Below are positions 26,338 to 36,118 of a stretch of DNA of 64,000 bases, piece after piece. Source of the stretch: an uncultured Eubacteriales bacterium (GTDB lineage Bacteria; Acidobacteriota; Aminicenantia; Aminicenantales; UBA8522); assembly GCA_964558915.1 (NCBI GenBank), contig CAZLFV010000004.1, positions 643-64,642 on the forward strand, read 5' to 3'. The notes under the pieces were generated by a model. It worked only from the letters and a program-made list of their open reading frames with translations. It was not told where the DNA came from and did not search any database. A program made the position numbers and the translations under genes. How positions within the stretch are numbered: the stretch's first letter is position 1; every line of letters starts with the position of its first letter.

Positions 26338-28248
26338 TTACCGCAGGATTTCAAGCTCGACGGTCACGTCGAGAACCTTCGGCTCGCCCGGATAGAGAAC
26401 CTCGAAGGGAACCGCTTTCGTCTTCTTCCCCCTGAACTCGCAGAGAGTGGATTGCCGTACTAACAATGCTTGCAACCAGGTGATATCAGCCCGCCCGCGA
26501 TCAGGCACAAGCGTGTAGACAAAGACCTCCGGCGAACGGACACGCAGGGCGTGCGCGAGGCCGATCACGCGCAATCCCTCGGGCGCGACAACCTGGGGCG
26601 GCGGCTCGCCGAGAAGCCAGCGCCCCGCTAGAGCCGAGGGCGATCCTTCGGGAGCAACTCTCAGTTTATCCGCCGGGGCGCGAAGCGGAAACTCCATCAC
26701 CACGGCGACGTTTTTGAGGTCCGAGCCGGGGATGCGGCTGCGATCGATCCGCGCCTTTGCTATAAAGCGCGTCATATCTGCACCGACCTCGAGAAGAGCA
26801 TCCGAGACAGGAGCATCCTCTCCTACGAATGGCTGGATTAGGTTCTGTCCCGCACGAAGTCGCACTGCCGTCGGACCGGACAAGATTTCCTGCCAGACCG
26901 GAGGCGGAGGGTCAGTCCGCGGCAGTGAGGCTAGCGGAGGCAGCGCGCTCATGGCCGCTTTGCCTGCAGCGAACTCCACCGCACGCGCAAAGACCAGCGC
27001 TTGCTCGCCGGCATGCTTGAGCGTCTGTTCCTCCGTAAACATGCCCGGCCAGCCCGGACCCAGCCCGAGTCCGTGGTCCATCGCCGTCGCCAGGGCAATT
27101 TTCATCTCCGCCGGGGAGTCCGGCCGAACGACCTTCATGGCCTCTCGGAGTCGCCATGTCCACACAGGACATCCGGCCCGCGGGTTGTCCCATTGCCCGC
27201 CCCACTCACCCCGATAGACAGGCAGCTCGGAGCCGTAACGTGCTTCAATATGGCGGAAATAGTCCGCCGCTGAGGCCGACACGAGGACCGGCTGCCTGTG
27301 CTCACGATTCCACATCCTCATGAAGCCCGCGACTTTCTTGGCGTGCTCTATGCTACAGTCGTCGCAGGCATGCTGCACGATCACAGCGTTGTAGTGGGAA
27401 GGATTCTTGCCCAGCATCCGCCGTATTCCGCTTTGCATCGTCTCCAGCGGCCTCTGATTTCGCGGGAACAGTTCGGCATGGAAGAAACGCGCAGCGTCAG
27501 GATCAATGCCCCACAGACCGGCCACGCCCAGATAGCTATCTGGATCGATGTAAACGAGGACACGCGCGGCCTTGGCCGACTCCCACCAAAAAGGTGTCCT
27601 CACCAATTTCTCCGGCAGCGGCCTCGTGAAGGCCATGTTAGGACCGACGAGCACGTAGCGCACCCCGCACGCGGCCAGGGCATCCACGATAGCCTCGGGG
27701 TATGAAGGCGAATCGTTGAGTATTGCTACGGCCGGCCGATAATGGAGCACTTGCTCAAGCTCATCAAGATGGGAGGTAAGAAGCCCAAGGTATTCCCAGA
27801 AGGCCGATGCATGAGGGTTTACCCAGACGGCGCTTACAGAGAGCTGTCCGTTCCGAAGGAAGCGCCGTGCGTCCTTGATGCGGGAGGCGTCACCGCGATA
27901 ACGCTCGAGCCAGCCGCCGAAGCCCCACCCCCCATCTTCCGTCCAATGAAAGTCCGGATCCCTGCCAGCCGCTGCGATGGCATCGTCAATAGCCCGGATG
28001 CGGTGCTCACGGACGAGCGATGGCAAGTCGTTGAATCCGACATCAAAGTGGCTCCCGGCCACTACATAAATGATGTCAACATCAGCGCGCGCCAGACCCG
28101 AAAAAAGGAAGGATAGCAGTGCGGCGGCGAGGACACATGTTCTCAGAAAAATCGCTGAAGGCCGGGCTGCACAGCAATTTTGCCCCTTTCCCACGATAAA
28201 AGACTGTAAATCATCACTAAAGACGCTGTCAAGCTGATGCTGGCTCAA
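26338..28248 (-). CDS. hypothetical secreted protein, possibly glycoside-hydrolase-like (GH38/GH57-type N-terminal fold); GC-rich foreign-looking gene
   Basis: 636-aa ORF. Signal peptide LRTCVLAAALLSFLFSGLARA. VVAGSHFDVGFND and AILNDSPSYPEAIVDALAACGVRYV weakly resemble GH38 N-domains. The start is uncertain (TTG 28248 or GTG 28194). R/A/P-rich and K-poor, unlike its neighbours. Confidence 0.7.
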   Translation of the reverse strand: MSQHQLDSVFSDDLQSFIVGKGQNCCAARPSAIFLRTCVLAAALLSFLFSGLARADVDIIYVVAGSHFDVGFNDLPSLVREHRIRAIDDAIAAAGRDPDFHWTEDGGWGFGGWLERYRGDASRIKDARRFLRNGQLSVSAVWVNPHASAFWEYLGLLTSHLDELEQVLHYRPAVAILNDSPSYPEAIVDALAACGVRYVLVGPNMAFTRPLPEKLVRTPFWWESAKAARVLVYIDPDSYLGVAGLWGIDPDAARFFHAELFPRNQRPLETMQSGIRRMLGKNPSHYNAVIVQHACDDCSIEHAKKVAGFMRMWNREHRQPVLVSASAADYFRHIEARYGSELPVYRGEWGGQWDNPRAGCPVWTWRLREAMKVVRPDSPAEMKIALATAMDHGLGLGPGWPGMFTEEQTLKHAGEQALVFARAVEFAAGKAAMSALPPLASLPRTDPPPPVWQEILSGPTAVRLRAGQNLIQPFVGEDAPVSDALLEVGADMTRFIAKARIDRSRIPGSDLKNVAVVMEFPLRAPADKLRVAPEGSPSALAGRWLLGEPPPQVVAPEGLRVIGLAHALRVRSPEVFVYTLVPDRGRADITWLQALLVRQSTLCEFRGKKTKAVPFEVLYPGEPKVLDVTVELEILR

Positions 28249-28613
28249 TGGCGAAAAGTGAGGCTATTATCTCGAGCGCCCGATAATGATGGGCCGTCAT
28301 CGGCTGTAGCGACCGTTGAGCGTTTAGCCTTCCCGAGATGCTCTTCGGGGGAACCTGCTCTGGTGGGCGGGAGGACTGTCTGAGCACGAGAAAACCCCGC
28401 GGATAGAGGAAGGAAGGCAAAAAGAGAAGTGTGTAAAGCAGATCTCGCGTGCGGAGTTCCGCAGCGCCGAGAAGAGCGTTGAGGGAACGGCGTTAAAAAC
28501 CCGAATGGCAGCAAGGTCGATGACGGTTGATTACCCTCTCCGTTATCTTTCGCTTGCCCACTTTTCGCTATAGAGCCGCTGTTGCTAAGTTAATATTTTA
28601 CCTATACTTAGAG

Positions 28614-28642
28614 TTGACAAACGCTGCCGACTCGGATAGTAT
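28614..28642 (+). promoter_or_regulatory. sigma-70-type promoter for the ispH-rpsA operon
   Basis: TTGACA (28614-28619), 17 nt, TAGTAT (28637-28642), about 19 nt upstream of the ispH ATG at 28661. Confidence 0.45.
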
Positions 28643-28660
28643 TAGGCTTCTCTTCGCCGG

Positions 28661-29545
28661 ATGAAAATGGAAATCATCATCGCCAAAAATTCGGGACTCT
28701 GCTATGGTGTGAAGCGGGCTCTTCAAATGGCCAGGAAGGCCCGGCTCAGAGCCGCCGGCCCGGTTTATACTTTGGGTGAACTCATCCACAATCCCCAAAT
28801 AATCGCCGACCTGGAAAACCAGGGCCTGCACGCGGTGGACGACCCGGCATTTGTTGATAAAGGGACGATTATCATCCGCAGCCATGGAGTGGCGCCTGAA
28901 ACCTATAAAATTCTGAAAGGAAAAAACGTTGAAATCATCGATGCCACCTGCCCGATCGTTCAGCGGATTCAAGAACTCGTCGAAGGCGTGGCCCAGAAAA
29001 ACGATGAAATTGTGATCGTGGGCAACACGGATCATCCGGAGATTCAAGGCCTGATCGGCTATAGCTCGGACAAGGCGAGGATCATCGAAAGCGAACCTCA
29101 GGCCCGCTCCCTCCCGCGGAAGAAGACGCGGGCTGTCCTGGCTCAGTCTACCCTGGATGTGTCTCTTTTCGGCCGAGTTGTGGCCGTCCTGGCTGAAAAG
29201 ACCGAGAAACTGACCGTCTATAACACAATTTGTCGGTCGACCGAGACCCGCCAGAAATCCACCTCCGAATTGGCTTACCGAGTTGATGTCCTGTTTATCA
29301 TCGGGGGAAAAAACAGCTCCAACACCAACACGCTGTACCGGATTTCAAAGCGGATTTTGCCTCGAACCTACCTCATCGAAAGTGCCCGCGAGATCACGCC
29401 GCGCCTGCTCAAACGGGCCAAAAGAATCGGAATTTCCGGGGGGGCCTCAACTCCTCCCGAGGCCATCGCAGAAGCCGTGGCTAAAATCAGAAAGAGCTTC
29501 CAATATCAATCGCAAAGGGAGAATCTCATCCAATGGCAGAGCTAA
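28661..29545 (+). CDS. ispH: 4-hydroxy-3-methylbut-2-enyl diphosphate reductase
   Basis: 294 aa. Conserved Cys contexts (GLCYGVKRA, ATCPIV, NTICRST) and SSNTN motif. Confidence 0.93.
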   Translation: MKMEIIIAKNSGLCYGVKRALQMARKARLRAAGPVYTLGELIHNPQIIADLENQGLHAVDDPAFVDKGTIIIRSHGVAPETYKILKGKNVEIIDATCPIVQRIQELVEGVAQKNDEIVIVGNTDHPEIQGLIGYSSDKARIIESEPQARSLPRKKTRAVLAQSTLDVSLFGRVVAVLAEKTEKLTVYNTICRSTETRQKSTSELAYRVDVLFIIGGKNSSNTNTLYRISKRILPRTYLIESAREITPRLLKRAKRIGISGGASTPPEAIAEAVAKIRKSFQYQSQRENLIQWQS

Positions 29546-31278
29546 AGAAACACCCAGACAAAGAAGAGAAACTGACCTCCGAAGATTACGAACATCTTCT
29601 GGACAAGTATCAATTCAGCGCCAAGGAAATCTCTCCCGGGAAAATCATCAGGGGCAAGGTCATCAAAATCACTCCAAGCGGCGTGCTGATGGACATTGGT
29701 TTTAAATCCGAAGGCATCATCCGGGTCGAGGATTTCGACGAGGCCGATATCAAGAAGATCCGGCCCGGCGACGAAGTCGAAGCGATCCTGGAGAAAACGG
29801 ATATTAAAGAAGGCTATCTGATCTTGTCTAAAAAAAGGGCCGATACGCTGCGGGCGCTGGACCTCCTGGAAAAAGCCTTCAACACCCATGGTTGGGTGAA
29901 TGGAAAAATCACGGGAAAAATCAAGAACGGCTACACTGTTAACGTTGGCATCCAGGCCTTTCTCCCCGACTCCCATGCCGACGTGAAGGCCGTCAAAGAG
30001 CCGGACAAGCTTGTCGGCAACGCTTTTAAATTCAAGGTGATCAAGTTTGACCGGAAAACCGAGAACGCCGTTGTCTCCCGGAAACTTTTTCTCCAGGACG
30101 AGCGGGAAAAAAGAAAAAGGCGGGTTTTCGGCCGCTTGGTCAAAGGGGAAAAAATAAAGGGCGAGGTCCGGTCTATCACCAATTTCGGAGCCTTTGTCGA
30201 CCTGGGCGGCGTTGAGGGCCTGCTCCATATTTCCGATATGTCATGGGGAAAACTCAGCCATCCTTCCGAGCTCTTTACCGTTGGGCAGAACGTTGAAGTC
30301 GTCGTTCTCGACTTCAGCGAAAGGGACGAAAAGATCTCCCTCGGGTACAAGCAACTGACTGAGGACCCCTGGAAAAATATTCAAGAGAAATACAAGGTCG
30401 GTCAAAAAGTCAAAGGCCACGCGGTCAGCTTGACTGATTTCGGTGCCTTTGTCGAGCTCGAAAAAGGTGTCGAGGGGCTGGTTCATGTTTCCGACCTGTC
30501 ATGGTCCCGCAAGCTTGTCCACCCCAAGAAACTCCTCAAGCCCGGAGAAGAAGTCCTGGTCACGATTCTGGATGTCAACCCGGAAACCAAAAGGATCTCC
30601 TTGGGCCTTAAGCAAGCGAGCCCTCATCCCCTCGAAATTCTCAAACAAAAATACAGCCCCGGCTCTCGAATAAAAGGGAAGATCACCAGCATCACCGATT
30701 TCGGCGCTTTCATGGAAGTCGAGAAAGGGATCGAAGGGCTCATCCACATCTCCGACATCTCCTGGGAAAAGGTCAAGCATCCCTCTCAAAAGTTTGAGGT
30801 CGGCCAGGAAGTCGAAGCTGTCATCCTCAATATCGATGTGGAGAAACAGAAAATCTCGCTCGGGGTCAAACAGCTCGCGGGCGATATCTGGGAGGATTTT
30901 TTCACCCGCCACAAAGTCGGGGATCTCGTCAAGGCCCGGATCGTCCGGACGGCCGATTTTGGCGTCTTCGTGGAAATCACGCCCGGGATAGAAGGGGTAG
31001 TCTTCCTGTCGGAGCTTGACGAAAAAAAGATCGAGAACCCGCAGGAAGCGTTTGCCATCGGAGAAGAGCGCAACGCCAAGATCATCAAGATGAATCCTCA
31101 GGAAAAGAAGATCTCTCTCAGTTTCAGGAGCGCCCAGCTGGAGATGCAAAAGCTAGAATATCAAAAATTTATCCGCAGCCAGGACGACAGGCTCACCCTG
31201 GGCGACATTATGAGGGATCAGCTCAAGAATATCGGCGCTCCCAAAAAAAGGATCAAAGAAAAGGAGGGGAAAAAATGA
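29533..31278 (+). CDS. rpsA: 30S ribosomal protein S1
   Basis: 581 aa with six S1 repeats (recurrent G.V..IT.FGAFV.L..G.EGL.H.S). Overlaps ispH by 13 nt in a different frame. Confidence 0.95.
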   Translation: MAELKKHPDKEEKLTSEDYEHLLDKYQFSAKEISPGKIIRGKVIKITPSGVLMDIGFKSEGIIRVEDFDEADIKKIRPGDEVEAILEKTDIKEGYLILSKKRADTLRALDLLEKAFNTHGWVNGKITGKIKNGYTVNVGIQAFLPDSHADVKAVKEPDKLVGNAFKFKVIKFDRKTENAVVSRKLFLQDEREKRKRRVFGRLVKGEKIKGEVRSITNFGAFVDLGGVEGLLHISDMSWGKLSHPSELFTVGQNVEVVVLDFSERDEKISLGYKQLTEDPWKNIQEKYKVGQKVKGHAVSLTDFGAFVELEKGVEGLVHVSDLSWSRKLVHPKKLLKPGEEVLVTILDVNPETKRISLGLKQASPHPLEILKQKYSPGSRIKGKITSITDFGAFMEVEKGIEGLIHISDISWEKVKHPSQKFEVGQEVEAVILNIDVEKQKISLGVKQLAGDIWEDFFTRHKVGDLVKARIVRTADFGVFVEITPGIEGVVFLSELDEKKIENPQEAFAIGEERNAKIIKMNPQEKKISLSFRSAQLEMQKLEYQKFIRSQDDRLTLGDIMRDQLKNIGAPKKRIKEKEGKK

Positions 31279-31550
31279 TTAAGGTCGATCTCATCAACAG
31301 GATTTCGAAGCAAATGGACATCCCCAAGCAAGAAGCCGAAGAAGGGGTCAACCTATTTTTTCAGACGATTAAGGAGGCGATACTTAAGGGAGAAGAGATA
31401 GAAATCAGGGGGTTCGGTAGTTTCCGTTTCCGCAAAAGGACGTCTCGCTCGGGAAGAAACCCGCGCACAGGGGAACCGGTGAAAGTCCCTCCCAAGAGGG
31501 TGCTCTATTTCAAACCGAGCAAGCTGCTGAAGGAGCTGATCAATAAGTAA
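31275..31550 (+). CDS. HU/IHF-family DNA-binding protein (IHF beta-like)
   Basis: 91 aa. GFGSFRFRKRTSRSGRNPRTGEPVKVPPKRVLYFKPSK is the canonical arm region. Confidence 0.9.
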   Translation: MIKVDLINRISKQMDIPKQEAEEGVNLFFQTIKEAILKGEEIEIRGFGSFRFRKRTSRSGRNPRTGEPVKVPPKRVLYFKPSKLLKELINK

Positions 31551-32065
31551 TGAAATACATTGCTGCGCCCTGGAGGGAAACATATGTGAAGAAAGTTTGC
31601 CGGAGAGAAGGCTGTGTTTTGTGCCGGGCGCTTCGGCTCAAGAACGACAGGGTCGCCTTTATTCTTTTTCGGGGCAAATGGAATTTCATCATTTTGAACA
31701 AGTTTCCTTATAACCTGGGCCACCTGATGATCGCGCCCTACAGGCATCTGGCGTCTTTTGACCGCGCCCCTAAAAAAATCAGCGATGAAATGATGGACCT
31801 TCTCAAGATGAGCCTCCGAGTTCTGAAAAAGAACTACCATCCGCACGGCTTCAACGCCGGCATGAATCTTGGCCAGAGCGCCGGGGCAGGAGTCGCCGAT
31901 CACTACCACCTTCACGTCATACCGCGCTGGCAAGGAGATTCAAACTTTATGCCGCTCGTCAGCCAAACCCGGGTCCTTATCGAAGACCTCGAGGGAGCCT
32001 ATGAACGGCTGTGGCCACTTTTTCAGAAGGAAAAAAAAGGTTGGAGAGGGGAAAAACAACGATGA
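31550..32065 (+). CDS. HIT-family (histidine triad) nucleotide hydrolase/transferase
   Basis: 171 aa. HYHLHVIPR histidine-triad motif. Confidence 0.88.
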   Translation: MKYIAAPWRETYVKKVCRREGCVLCRALRLKNDRVAFILFRGKWNFIILNKFPYNLGHLMIAPYRHLASFDRAPKKISDEMMDLLKMSLRVLKKNYHPHGFNAGMNLGQSAGAGVADHYHLHVIPRWQGDSNFMPLVSQTRVLIEDLEGAYERLWPLFQKEKKGWRGEKQR

Positions 32066-33207
32066 ATTTCCAGCTCAACGACGACCAGCTCTTGCTCCAG
32101 GAAATGGTCAGGGATTTTGCCCACAAAGAGATCGCACCTCGGATCAACTCTTTCGAAGAGAGCTATTCCTTTCCACAAGAGATCATCCACAAGCTGGCTG
32201 AGCTCGGTCTGATGGGAATGACGATTCCGTCGGAGTATGGGGGCATTAAAACGGACTATCTTTCTCTCATCTTGGCACTCGAAGAGCTCGGCCGCGTCTC
32301 TCCGACCGTCTGCCTGATTGTCAGCGTTCACAATTCGCTCTTCTCGAGCTCAATCCTGAAGTTCGGCTCGACGGAACAGAAGCAAAAATATCTCACTCGC
32401 GCCGCCCGTGGAGAAATCCTCGGTGCGTTCTCTCTCACGGAGCCAGGAGCGGGCTCCGACGCCACCGGGTTGAAAACAAAAGCTGCAAAAACCGGCCATG
32501 AATATGTTCTCAACGGAACTAAGGCTTGGGTAACCAGCGGCAGCGAGGCCGATGCCTTGATCCTGTTTGCCCAGACAGAGAGCGAGGGCGGTTCACCTAA
32601 GCTGAGCGCGTTCATTGTGGAGAAAGATTTTCCCGGGTTCAATGTGACTAAAATCGAGCAAAAGATGGGCCTCCACTCGTCTCCCACGGCTGAGGTTGTG
32701 CTCGAGGACTGCCGTGTTCCTGCCGGCAATCTCCTGGGCGAAGAAGGGCGGGGAGCTCACATCGCCCTGCAGGGGCTGGACGGAAGCCGCATCGGCATCG
32801 CGGCGCAATCCGTGGGGCTCTCGCAACAGGCCCTGGAGCTGGGCGTAAGATACGCTCATCAGCGGGAGGCGTTCGGGAAAAAAATTGCCGAGTTCCAGGC
32901 CATCCAGTTCATGATCTCAGATATGGCGACACTTGTGGAGGCCGCCCGTCTCCTGACTTACAGAGCAGCGGATTGCTATGACCGCGGCTTACCCTACACC
33001 AAGGAAGCGGCCATGGCCAAGCTGTTCGCCTCCGAAGCGGCCAACAAAACCGCCTATCTGGCCCTGCAAATCCACGGCGGCTACGGGTACTCCAAAGAAT
33101 ACGCGATAGAGAGATTATACCGGGACGCCCGAGTTCTCTCCATCTATGAGGGAACGTCTGAAATCCAGCGCCTCGTCATTGCCAGAAAATTGCTGAAGGA
33201 CGCCTGA
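32062..33207 (+). CDS. acyl-CoA dehydrogenase (short/medium-chain type)
   Basis: The ATG at 32062 (MNFQLNDDQLLLQEMVRDFA..) overlaps the HIT stop as ATGA. YEGTSEIQRLVIAR and the overall ACAD pattern are present. The track's upstream extension from 32011 is rejected. Confidence 0.93.
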   Translation: MNFQLNDDQLLLQEMVRDFAHKEIAPRINSFEESYSFPQEIIHKLAELGLMGMTIPSEYGGIKTDYLSLILALEELGRVSPTVCLIVSVHNSLFSSSILKFGSTEQKQKYLTRAARGEILGAFSLTEPGAGSDATGLKTKAAKTGHEYVLNGTKAWVTSGSEADALILFAQTESEGGSPKLSAFIVEKDFPGFNVTKIEQKMGLHSSPTAEVVLEDCRVPAGNLLGEEGRGAHIALQGLDGSRIGIAAQSVGLSQQALELGVRYAHQREAFGKKIAEFQAIQFMISDMATLVEAARLLTYRAADCYDRGLPYTKEAAMAKLFASEAANKTAYLALQIHGGYGYSKEYAIERLYRDARVLSIYEGTSEIQRLVIARKLLKDA

Positions 33208-33243
33208 CACCCAATCTCCGAGATCGCGTTTTGAGGTGAAACC

Positions 33244-35169
33244 ATGCTAAAAACAATGCGAAAAAACGTGAAATCCCTTGCCCCGACTTTGTGGATTGTC
33301 ATCGCCACATTTGTCATATCGATCTTCGCCATCTGGGGTGGCGCAGGCCGGCTGGGCGAAAAAGCTCAAGCGCAAACGATCGCCTATCTGGGAAAGGACA
33401 AGATTTCTGTTGAGGCGTATTACGCGGCTCTGCGGCAACGGCTCGAAGCCATCCAGAAACAATTTCAAGGGCTGAACAAATCATTCATCCAGCAGCTCAA
33501 TATTCCCCAGCAGGTTCTCGAGCAACTGGTTCAACAGAACCTTCTCGAGCAGAAAGCCAAGGAAATGGGGATCGTCGCGTCCGATAAAGAGGTGCGCGAT
33601 CGCATTGTCTCGATGTTTCAAAGGGATGGGAAGTTCATCGGGTTCGCCGAGTATAAGAAAATTTTGGACTGGAACCATATCTCTCTGGCCGATTTTGAGG
33701 GCGACCTCAAAAAAGATATCATCTTGAACAAAATGATTCAGGTTCTCACGGCCGGCATCGCCGTCACCCCCGAGGAGCTCTGGGAGAATTATGTCAAGCA
33801 GAATAATAGCGCCAAAATCGAGTACCTGATTCTTGACGAAACCAAGATTCCGGCCGAACAACCCCCGCTGCCCGCTGACCTCCAAGAATACTTCAAAAGA
33901 AACACGAGCAAGTATGCCATCCAGGAAAGGAGAGAAGGCTCTTATGTCTTTCTCAACGCAGAGGACCTCAAGAAAGAGCTCGCCATAAGCGATCCGGAAA
34001 TCCAAAAATATTACAAGGACAACATCAGTCAGTTCAAAGAGCCTGAGCGCCTGAAAGTCAGCCGGATTCACCTGCTGTTCGCGGGCAAAGAAAAGAACAC
34101 TGTGCGCGAAGAAGCCCAGGACCTTCTGGGCCGCGTTTCTCAGGGCGAGGACTTTGCCCGGTTGGCCAAGATGTATTCCCAGGATGTCAAAGCCAATGAT
34201 GGCGGAGACTGGGGCTTTGACGAATGGCGCAGCCTTCCTCCTCAGGAGACAAAAGAAATCAATGTTCTGGAGAAAGACCAGGTCTCTGGCGTCATCGAAA
34301 CTTCTGATGGCCTGTCCATCCTCAAAGTCACAGAAAAAGAGCCGGAAAAAACCCAGCCCCTCGAAGAGGTCAAGACACGGGTTCGGTCAATGCTCGAAGA
34401 CCAGAAGGCGCGGGACTTGGCGGCACAGAAAATCACCCAGCTCGAAAAAACCGCCCGCAAAGAAAAGAGCCTGGACGTTGCTGCCCTGAAAATGGGTTTA
34501 AAGGTAAAGATCACCGGGCCCCTCAAGCAGGGCCAGGCCCTGGATGATATTGACCCGGCCGGATCCCTGAGCCAGGCGCTTTTTGAACTCAAGGAGAAAG
34601 AGATTTCGAGCCCGATTTACGTCTTCTCCGGTACAGGGATCGTCCAGCTCGAAAAGACCGAACCGCCGCGGCCGGCAAAATTTGAAGAAGTCAAGGACGC
34701 CGTCGAAAATGACTTCCAGGCCAGGATCAGAAAAGAAATCGCCAGGAAAAAAATCCAGGAGGCGCGGTCCCAGCTCGAGGGAAAGAAATGGGAAGAGGCA
34801 GGCCCAAAAGAAGGGCTGGAATATAAGAATGCCATGGAGCACAAGAGAGAACAATACCTGGCCGTAATTGGCGAAAGTTCCGAGGTTGACCGCTTGGTCT
34901 TCTCTCTGCCTCTAAACCAAGTCTCAGAGCCAATCGAGTACTCGAGCGGCTATGTTCTGCTCAAGGTCCTGGAAAGGAAGGACGCCTCTCGGGAAGAATT
35001 TGAGAAAAACAAGGAGACGGAGACCAACAACCTTCTTGAGTCCAAGAGGAACAAGTTTCTTCAGGCCTATCTCGACCAGCTCAGACAGGAAAAGAATGTC
35101 AGGATCAATTCCAGTCTTTTTATGCAGATCAACGCGGATATTCTCGCCCGGTATGAAGGCCGAGAATAA
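33244..35169 (+). CDS. periplasmic chaperone / peptidyl-prolyl isomerase (PpiD/SurA-like, parvulin domain)
   Basis: 641 aa. N-terminal membrane anchor (LAPTLWIVIATFVISIFAIWG). Central parvulin-like rotamase region (KVSRIHLLF..GGDWGF). SurA_N-like flanks. Confidence 0.8.
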   Translation: MLKTMRKNVKSLAPTLWIVIATFVISIFAIWGGAGRLGEKAQAQTIAYLGKDKISVEAYYAALRQRLEAIQKQFQGLNKSFIQQLNIPQQVLEQLVQQNLLEQKAKEMGIVASDKEVRDRIVSMFQRDGKFIGFAEYKKILDWNHISLADFEGDLKKDIILNKMIQVLTAGIAVTPEELWENYVKQNNSAKIEYLILDETKIPAEQPPLPADLQEYFKRNTSKYAIQERREGSYVFLNAEDLKKELAISDPEIQKYYKDNISQFKEPERLKVSRIHLLFAGKEKNTVREEAQDLLGRVSQGEDFARLAKMYSQDVKANDGGDWGFDEWRSLPPQETKEINVLEKDQVSGVIETSDGLSILKVTEKEPEKTQPLEEVKTRVRSMLEDQKARDLAAQKITQLEKTARKEKSLDVAALKMGLKVKITGPLKQGQALDDIDPAGSLSQALFELKEKEISSPIYVFSGTGIVQLEKTEPPRPAKFEEVKDAVENDFQARIRKEIARKKIQEARSQLEGKKWEEAGPKEGLEYKNAMEHKREQYLAVIGESSEVDRLVFSLPLNQVSEPIEYSSGYVLLKVLERKDASREEFEKNKETETNNLLESKRNKFLQAYLDQLRQEKNVRINSSLFMQINADILARYEGRE

Positions 35170-35221
35170 CGCCTAGGAACGAAAGACTTTTCATTTAATA
35201 AAAGGCAGAAGCCGGCCGAGG

Positions 35222-35992
35222 TCAGGTCTGAATGACTTCGCGGAAAAGAACCTTGACCCGGGCTTCGAGAGCACTCCGAAAATTTTCAACGCTGTCGTCA
35301 AATCCCTTGCCAAGGTAATTGCTGATATACATTGGCTCGCCAACATTGACACGGATCTTGGCCGGGACGAGCCAGGGCGTTTGGGTCCCGTACAGGGCCA
35401 GAGGAGTGAACGGAACGGAAATATTATGATCGCAATAGAGCCTGTATGCCATGATTGACGTGCCCGGCTTAAAGGCGCTGACATAAGGATGTCGATCCCG
35501 GGGCTGAACCCGTCCCCGCCCCTGGAGGGCTATAATGGCTCTGCCTTTTTGAAGGTATTCCTGGCCCAGCCTCCGCGCCTCTCTTGTCTTTGAATGAAAA
35601 TCAACGGGGATGGTTCCAACCCTGTTGATGTTCGTTGCAATAAAGCGGACAAACATATATCTCAGAGGCTTGATCAAGGAATACAGAACCGGCCCGAAAT
35701 CTTTGAGATGGCGCTTCAAGTGCTTATGGATAAGCCGGTCCAGCTTTTCTCTGGTAAAGATGTCCTGGTTGGCCGTAAAAAAAATAAAGCGGGGGACCAC
35801 CCGGAGGATCACAGCAACATCCTTGGCTGCGCCGCAATGATTGCCGATGATGATGTTTGGGCCGTCCTTGACGAAATTTTCCGGACGCTTGACTTCGATT
35901 TTTTTCCCCAGGAGAAGAAATGCTGCCCACCTCCGGACGACGGGCTCGACGCGTTTGAATTCTTCTTCAAATGTCGTCATGACAGAATTCAA
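35222..35992 (-). CDS. lysophospholipid acyltransferase-family protein (PlsC-like)
   Basis: 256 aa. Acyltransferase block IIIGNHCGAAKD (H-X5-D rather than the canonical H-X4-D) and ALQGRGR; the family call is therefore moderate. Confidence 0.65.
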   Translation of the reverse strand: MNSVMTTFEEEFKRVEPVVRRWAAFLLLGKKIEVKRPENFVKDGPNIIIGNHCGAAKDVAVILRVVPRFIFFTANQDIFTREKLDRLIHKHLKRHLKDFGPVLYSLIKPLRYMFVRFIATNINRVGTIPVDFHSKTREARRLGQEYLQKGRAIIALQGRGRVQPRDRHPYVSAFKPGTSIMAYRLYCDHNISVPFTPLALYGTQTPWLVPAKIRVNVGEPMYISNYLGKGFDDSVENFRSALEARVKVLFREVIQT

Positions 35993-36118
35993 TATTATTT
36001 TAACAGATGCTGGGGCTATTTTAAAGGCCCGAACTCTTGCGCTCCGAATATTCGTTTCCGTATTCTGTTATTGTATTTATCGCCCTCTCGTGATAACTTC
36101 ATAACCCGGGAGGCTGGT

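Noticed and set aside
28245-28514. 89-aa minus-strand ORF (and 63-aa ORF 28229-28420) upstream of the GC-rich gene
   Set aside because: They are R/S/P-rich low-complexity products typical of random frames in high-GC DNA. No SD or motif. This is more likely non-coding leader or promoter sequence of the acquired segment.
29533-29545. Possible ispH-rpsA gene fusion
   Set aside because: Fusions of these two genes exist in some lineages. Here, however, the 13-nt overlap is between different frames and ispH has its own stop, so they are two separate genes.
29542-31149. 228-aa and 216-aa minus-strand ORFs (29542-30228, 30499-31149)
   Set aside because: They are antisense to rpsA. The repetitive S1 domains generate repetitive stop-free antisense frames.
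33481-34071. 196-aa minus-strand ORF
   Set aside because: It is antisense to the PpiD/SurA-like gene. No motifs.
35594-36118. 5' extension of the iadA ORF (track ORF 35594-37297, 567 aa)
   Set aside because: The first 175 codons are antisense to the acyltransferase gene and lack any amidohydrolase similarity. A GGGAGG SD and the canonical MITLIRNG start occur at 36119.
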